From an uncultured virus (IMG/VR IMGVR_UViG_3300025280_000025) (taxonomy: Duplodnaviria; Heunggongvirae; Uroviricota; Caudoviricetes): a DNA stretch of 22,679 nt. The DNA is taken from the IMG/VR virus record IMGVR_UViG_3300025280_000025; one strand, written 5' to 3'. The translations under genes and the position numbers were made by a program. A model generated the notes under the pieces. That model ran no database searches. It was given only the letters and a program-made list of their open reading frames with translations, and had not been told where the DNA came from. Positions 19,301 through 22,679 of this stretch are shown here, one piece after another. Position 1 is the first letter of the stretch; every line of letters begins with the position of its first letter.

Positions 19301-20298
19301 GGCTCCAAACAGGTAAGAGAATATCCCCCACTCGTAGGATCCGTGGTACAGATATCCAAGTACACCATACTGTTGCAGACATGTTAAGGCTCATGGGTAC
19401 TGGTGCTGTAATTTACGAATTCGGTAAAGAGATGCTGGGTACAGATCTATCTAGAGGAGTGGGGGTTCAACCTATCTTTGAGGTAATGGATGCTGGCTTT
19501 GTTCCTCCTATAGTTAAACTCCCTATGGATTTTATAGAGATAGTAACAGGAGATTTAGAGTTAGCAAAGTCTTCTCTCCCTGCGGTTTTCCCCGGTGGTA
19601 TTTCTGCGGTTCGGGCTATGGGAATGCTCCCAAAACTAGGAGATACTTACTTGCCTGATATGGCTAACAGTCTCCAAAGAACTTATGTTGATTGGGACAC
19701 ACAAACACCTGACGGATATCGTCCCGTGTATTCGGGAGACGGAAGACTAATAAGTTACGATAGTCCGTTCACAATTATTACAAGAGGTCTTGGCTTAAAA
19801 TTAGAAGATCATCCACGAGCAGGAGAAGTTGACGGGTACTTATTAAGTCAACGAGATATCATTAATAAAATGACGGGTGATTACATGAATGCATTATTAA
19901 CTGGAGGGAATGTATCAAAGGCTCGTGGTATTGAAGCAGAATTCAAAAAGAAATTTGGAGTACCTTTAACGGTATCTAAGGATCAATGGCGAAGACGTAT
20001 TCGTAACCTACAAGTAGCAAGAACAGAACGTATAGCAAATTCTCTACCTGCTGCATACAAGAGTTTGTACCAAAGTACCCTAGTAAAACGTTACAGAGAG
20101 ATGGGTTTAGCATCTCCAGAAGAAGCCATGGCTGGTATGACATCGGGAGCAAGAACAAAAGCAGGAGCAGCAAGACCCGAAACCGTAACACTTTCACCAG
20201 AAGCTGTAGAAGAAATTCGAAATCACATGAAGAAACTAGAGCAGGAAAAGCCAATAGAGGAGCAAGGGTTTGACCCATTTAAAGCATGGAACCAATAA
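16345..20298 (+). CDS. Large internal virion / DNA-ejection protein (1317 aa)
   Basis: Mostly helical. C-terminal half has the pattern of large podoviral ejection proteins (GFLGVNMSSVMLNLMQP, AELLNR, VQETQFGG..NMP, LGRQFLSFP followed by hydrophobic helices). No Cys. Confidence 0.65.
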   Translation: MEYQASPFEPIRTFDIPGVALHQFLEGTATPSSLWNLTVPSKRANLTPQEQLSLTEKLKNEYGGDNRALRTMIGIATNPWVWLGFAFSPAGVDALRAGRSVFGSGRHVAKYINNNGTFLDHLGGSTFRHISDNTKLAVGAEADALQRAKFLRYADEDEAEFLVKYYSDPARKERLTKLGFKEAPRNLEEILQVMARSEGLAHPKKFTPRIFDPRYKPRKEHEGLANDIRRLVAIGLSGRQRATKEILSELQMGTYYVMKEADLTKGQKFLDGLGAEVKYKGPGRYAIPYQEYETLHIKNQALKKAGKTEGLHDIYMDPDEIKIMHETIELPPLMDEAKFNALANDEIKAIIGSKRNVLDKAVTRLMGDEQEMARVLGREFKLSERKLTTLISALDGTEGANLFLKGSMEELVQPGMLNAKGSDILATLLNREVHQYRMSTFTKKENLMRLLEGSLLPSFSEGNYLPRNTFKSAGSDALSSEYVLRGATDTSSLAETSRLMNRTIGSRRLHPEDYEWLINHSRQSVAANPSTHNRAVLEGLLHDQDKVIKAIGKNEEMGIESLFLTLDGINSTERYLKDSSEMWSRYLPHLIQDPMGTGRLMHDPAVYGKLRALDNTIKRTPEGMRSSEGVPLGDIFKAKTPWRAPADWVEGKEIAYFTDTLDDLMSGNKRHLQPAGGITLADIMGNDWVAFKNNHAKGFFRDTLLPHMSGRLNPQQASMRSLQATTRAQLETFAESRLGETIRSWGKPGEDFIDGLLDMSQTRSISGSLAKGLYVGFLGVNMSSVMLNLMQPLLHATMFGGLDNVLPAYKDAFLEIMDYGAQRMKSGKLIISDRERARAMEKSFEFVDSLGMSPDVFGSIDIASYAGTQRYGVESGLKYATQSLPMKLFEKAELLNRNVAAHTMKRMYQKAGRKVPTAAAGKWSSTEEEFYRFRNDVDTFVQETQFGGTPINMPTAFMGEGPLGKALSNPLGRQFLSFPTRAFTSWLQTGKRISPTRRIRGTDIQVHHTVADMLRLMGTGAVIYEFGKEMLGTDLSRGVGVQPIFEVMDAGFVPPIVKLPMDFIEIVTGDLELAKSSLPAVFPGGISAVRAMGMLPKLGDTYLPDMANSLQRTYVDWDTQTPDGYRPVYSGDGRLISYDSPFTIITRGLGLKLEDHPRAGEVDGYLLSQRDIINKMTGDYMNALLTGGNVSKARGIEAEFKKKFGVPLTVSKDQWRRRIRNLQVARTERIANSLPAAYKSLYQSTLVKRYREMGLASPEEAMAGMTSGARTKAGAARPETVTLSPEAVEEIRNHMKKLEQEKPIEEQGFDPFKAWNQ

Positions 20299-21056
20299 GA
20301 AAAGCGACCTTCGCAGCAATATCGTGCGTTCATACTCCCTTTGAAAATGAAGATGCAAAGAGTTGGATGTTGGCTAGTATATGTGCTAACCCCCCCTCTC
20401 GATTTATATTTTTAGGAGACTTGTTTGATGCAGGTGCGGTTACCGTGCACCCTTCGGAGTTCGAGCATGCTCTCGAAGATGAGTACGAGCACGGGCATAA
20501 GTACCTCTCGGACATCATGGGTGTATTACCACCAGAGACTGAGTTGATTTGGATTCATGGCAACCATGACGATAATATCTTGGCTAAAGATCCTAGGCGA
20601 TCACCACGGGGATTACGTTCCTTGCTGTCATGGAACAAGCACTATGAATTTGGAGAGTTATTCCGTAAGTGGAAGCAGATACCCTATACCAAATGTAAGC
20701 AGGGGCTTTATAAAATTGGGCAGGTATATTTCTACCACGGCTTTGATGCAGGAGTTAATAGTGATGAGCTTGAAACCCTTCAGATGGCACAGATAGTGGG
20801 GGGTCATGCTCATAGGTTATTTGTAAGGGGGCACACTCATAGACCTGTAGGTGTTGAACAATGTACGAGAACCTCTAAAATAAAGCTGCCGTGGTACTAC
20901 GCTAATGCGGGTACGATGGGACCCCTCAATCCTGACTACATGAATCGTAAGGACTCATCGGGATGGGGTGCTGCGATTGTTAGAGGTGAGGCTTCCTTGT
21001 CGGAACCTAGAAGACCCTCTACTTCAGATTGGGATGCTCACGTAGAATTATTTTAA
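20286..21056 (+). CDS. Calcineurin-like metallophosphoesterase
   Basis: Motifs S-C-V-H (DxH position), GDLFD, GNHD, YHG, GHTH; 13-nt overlap with the upstream gene. Confidence 0.9.
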   Translation: MEPIRKATFAAISCVHTPFENEDAKSWMLASICANPPSRFIFLGDLFDAGAVTVHPSEFEHALEDEYEHGHKYLSDIMGVLPPETELIWIHGNHDDNILAKDPRRSPRGLRSLLSWNKHYEFGELFRKWKQIPYTKCKQGLYKIGQVYFYHGFDAGVNSDELETLQMAQIVGGHAHRLFVRGHTHRPVGVEQCTRTSKIKLPWYYANAGTMGPLNPDYMNRKDSSGWGAAIVRGEASLSEPRRPSTSDWDAHVELF

Positions 21057-21098
21057 TGTTATTTTGGAACCGATTAATTGTGATTTGTAGACCGGAAC

Positions 21099-21521
21099 CT
21101 ACAGCCGTAGCCATACTTGTATTGAGTTGGATCCTTCTACGATAGCACCCGAATGTCTACGTTTCTTGTTGCTTCCTGTAGTCAAAGACACCTCTATTAG
21201 ACTTGCCCATTCTTCCCCCCAAATAGCTCGTGTACGGGCTTTCCCTAGTTCTTCAATGTTGGGGGGTAATGCACCCTTAGAAGCCTCGTACAGTGTAATC
21301 TCGGTAGCCTCCTGACCCGATAGTGTTTCTGTCTTAGGCCAAATTATTACAAGCCATTCCCCCACTCCATAGAGTGCTGCTTCTTTAGAAATAAGAGGGG
21401 GTTTCTTTAGTTTCCTAGCAGGAATTGAAACAATAATCTTCCATCTAGCCGAGCTATTTAAAGGTGAGTCGGCACGGTCAAACGTCACCATCGGGAATAC
21501 GGGGAACTCTGTGTATTTCAT
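21099..21521 (-). CDS. Hypothetical protein, 140 aa
   Basis: Last gene of the convergent array. Its ATG overlaps the TGA of the 29-aa ORF. Confidence 0.7.
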   Translation of the reverse strand: MKYTEFPVFPMVTFDRADSPLNSSARWKIIVSIPARKLKKPPLISKEAALYGVGEWLVIIWPKTETLSGQEATEITLYEASKGALPPNIEELGKARTRAIWGEEWASLIEVSLTTGSNKKRRHSGAIVEGSNSIQVWLRL

Positions 21522-21607
21522 CGGAAGAATCTTACCAAGAACAAGACTAGAATGATTGCTAAGAGGGCTACTCTTAACGGCATTCTATCTCGTTCAGGGT
21601 TGTTCAT
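21518..21607 (-). CDS. Small single-pass membrane protein, 29 aa (MNNPERDRMPLRVALLAIILVLFLVRFFR)
   Basis: Translated by hand. ATGA overlaps at both ends; hydrophobic core flanked by Arg. Confidence 0.7.
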   Translation of the reverse strand: MNNPERDRMPLRVALLAIILVLFLVRFFR

Positions 21608-21777
21608 TTAAATTCTTCTACGGTATATATCTTTTCTTTATCTATTCTAAGACGGTTAAAATCTTCCGCTTCTTTAACTGCCTCTGCTTTCTTCCAGTAT
21701 ATAGCGGGATTACGTTTATTATCCAGAATCCACCATTTCTTTTTTACTTTTATTCCCCACTTTTTTACTGTTTTCAT
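21604..21777 (-). CDS. Small basic hypothetical protein (57 aa)
   Basis: Start re-assigned to ATG 21777 with GAGG upstream; K/W-rich. Confidence 0.65.
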   Translation of the reverse strand: MKTVKKWGIKVKKKWWILDNKRNPAIYWKKAEAVKEAEDFNRLRIDKEKIYTVEEFK

Positions 21778-21931
21778 TTGGTTCCTCACAACTTTCTTGT
21801 CCTTGACAACAAGGGTTCACATTATTCTTACAGATCACACACTGACTGTGACCATGTACTTCTACAACCATAAGAGGTTGTCCACAATAAGGACATGCTG
21901 GGATGTCTCTATGAAATTTGCTTTGTCTCAT
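21719..21931 (-). CDS. Small zinc-finger protein (70 aa)
   Basis: CPYC..VHGHSQCVIC..PCC motif. Confidence 0.7.
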   Translation of the reverse strand: MRQSKFHRDIPACPYCGQPLMVVEVHGHSQCVICKNNVNPCCQGQESCEEPNENSKKVGNKSKKEMVDSG

Positions 21932-22115
21932 CTATTTTTACTTCTTCTATCTCCATACATTCATTATCACATCCGTGGCACCATACATATTCGTTAAAGG
22001 TTCCTTCACAATAATCACTTAGTTCTAATGTTTCTTTGTTAAGGGGTAGCATTACATCATACCCTCCCTCAAGATTCGAACTACCACATTCCTTACATAT
22101 TGTTTTATATCTCAT
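21909..22115 (-). CDS. Cys4 zinc-ribbon protein A (68 aa)
   Basis: CKECGSSN...WCHGCD; SD GAGGAGG at 22122-22128. Confidence 0.8.
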   Translation of the reverse strand: MRYKTICKECGSSNLEGGYDVMLPLNKETLELSDYCEGTFNEYVWCHGCDNECMEIEEVKIDETKQIS

Positions 22116-22269
22116 CTTTTTCCTCCTCAAAGTATGATTGATATTCTTTAATCAAACTATCAATCCAGTCCAAGTCACCGCATCCATTCATCCCACCACA
22201 TGCATGGTAGAATTGACTACAGACATCTTTCCAATCAGGATCATCCCAATCTATATTCTTCTTTGGCAT
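22105..22269 (-). CDS. Small acidic hypothetical protein, 54 aa (MPKKNIDWDDPDWKDVCSQFYHACGGMNGCGDLDW...)
   Basis: Translated by hand. GAGG upstream; fills the gap between the two zinc ribbons with short overlaps. Confidence 0.65.
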   Translation of the reverse strand: MPKKNIDWDDPDWKDVCSQFYHACGGMNGCGDLDWIDSLIKEYQSYFEEEKDEI

Positions 22270-22453
22270 TGTATTCATCCTCATCTATAAAGTCTATTCG
22301 TTCAGTATCACAATCAGCACACCAATTATATTCCCATGGGTAGTCTATACCACCCGCAACAGGAAGGTTGCTATAAGTATCATCATTGGGATCATACATT
22401 GCTATGTGACCCTCAGTTATATTAGTTCCCCCGCATTCACTACATACTACCAT
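22241..22453 (-). CDS. Cys4 zinc-ribbon protein B (70 aa)
   Basis: CSECGGTN...WCADCD; SD GAGGAGG at 22460-22466, 6 nt before ATG 22453. Confidence 0.8.
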   Translation of the reverse strand: MVVCSECGGTNITEGHIAMYDPNDDTYSNLPVAGGIDYPWEYNWCADCDTERIDFIDEDEYNAKEEYRLG

Positions 22454-22586
22454 GTTCATCCTCCTCAGTAATTTCCCAGTGTTGTAAGACAATCTCCATT
22501 GCTTCTTGTTCCGCTTCTTCTAAAGAATCTGCTTCAAGTTTTATCTCATGTACAGCAGGATCAATAAGTATTCTAAACTTGCTCAT
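22440..22586 (-). CDS. Small acidic phage protein, 48 aa (MSKFRILIDPAVHEIKLEADSLEEAEQEAMEIV...)
   Basis: Translated by hand. SD AAGGA; EADSLEEA motif common in small phage proteins. Confidence 0.7.
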   Translation of the reverse strand: MSKFRILIDPAVHEIKLEADSLEEAEQEAMEIVLQHWEITEEDEHGSM

Positions 22587-22677
22587 CTTTAGTTTCCTTT
22601 ATCCTCTCTTCTGCCATCTCTGTAGCCCTTCGTTCGTGCCATTCCTGTATCTCTTTCTTTATCTGTGCTGAACTTTT
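22573..22677 (-). CDS. C-terminal fragment of a gene starting beyond the window (...KKEIQEWHERRATEMAEERIKETKDEQV)
   Basis: Open frame to the window edge, overlapping the next start. Another frame is also open, so the frame is uncertain. Confidence 0.4.
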   Translation of the reverse strand, partial: KSSAQIKKEIQEWHERRATEMAEERIKETKDEQV

Positions 22678-22679
22678 CT

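Noticed and set aside
16345..20298. Virion RNA polymerase (N4- or crAss-like) with a hairpin promoter
   Set aside because: No recognisable DxDGD or T7-type polymerase motifs, and the protein is much smaller than those enzymes.
21057..21098. Expected bidirectional terminator between the convergent blocks
   Set aside because: No convincing stem-loop visible.
21522..21537. Extended -10-like TGGTAAGAT 7 nt before ATG 21521 on the - strand
   Set aside because: It lies inside the 29-aa ORF, whose ATGA overlap already explains that start. It could be real but cannot be separated from chance.
21560..21576. Inverted repeat TAAGAG-ggcta-CTCTTA
   Set aside because: Short AT-rich stem inside a coding region, no U-tract.
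14..21997. Numerous 60-116 aa alternative-frame and antisense ORFs in the track (e.g. 463-732, 2792-3142, 7742-8080, 14817-15152, 17241-17546, 21556-21873)
   Set aside because: They lie within longer, coupled, motif-bearing genes and have no SD or recognisable motifs; treated as shadow ORFs.
1..22679. CRISPR array, tRNA/rRNA, integrase/transposase, DGR repeats, stop-codon reassignment
   Set aside because: No spaced repeats, RNA gene signatures, recombinase or RT motifs seen by eye. Genes tile densely under the standard code.

Overview
Segment (about 40% GC, standard genetic code) of a tailed dsDNA phage or prophage, probably podovirus-like. No capsid, portal, terminase or integrase lies in the window, so lifestyle and host cannot be fixed. 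Positions 1-21056 form one tightly coupled + strand late/structural block. It starts with a 5'-truncated Cys-rich protein, then a four-gene glycan cassette (Maf/CstII-like transferase, atypical GT-A glycosyltransferase, class I SAM methyltransferase, WlbB/WbpD-like N-acyltransferase). Next come a 1121-aa tail hub/nozzle-like protein with two inserted homologous modules, several helical or basic internal-virion-like proteins, and a small beta-rich protein followed by a hairpin. The block ends with a 1317-aa ejection-type protein and a calcineurin-like metallophosphoesterase whose first metal ligand is Cys instead of Asp. From 21099 to the end is a convergent - strand array of small genes, including three Cys4 zinc-ribbon proteins and several ORFs under 60 aa absent from the ORF track. 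The most notable signals are the candidate virion-glycosylation cassette, the 15-bp direct repeat that exactly brackets the methyltransferase gene, and codon-level avoidance of CCWGG. All family calls come from motif recognition by eye; no searches were run.
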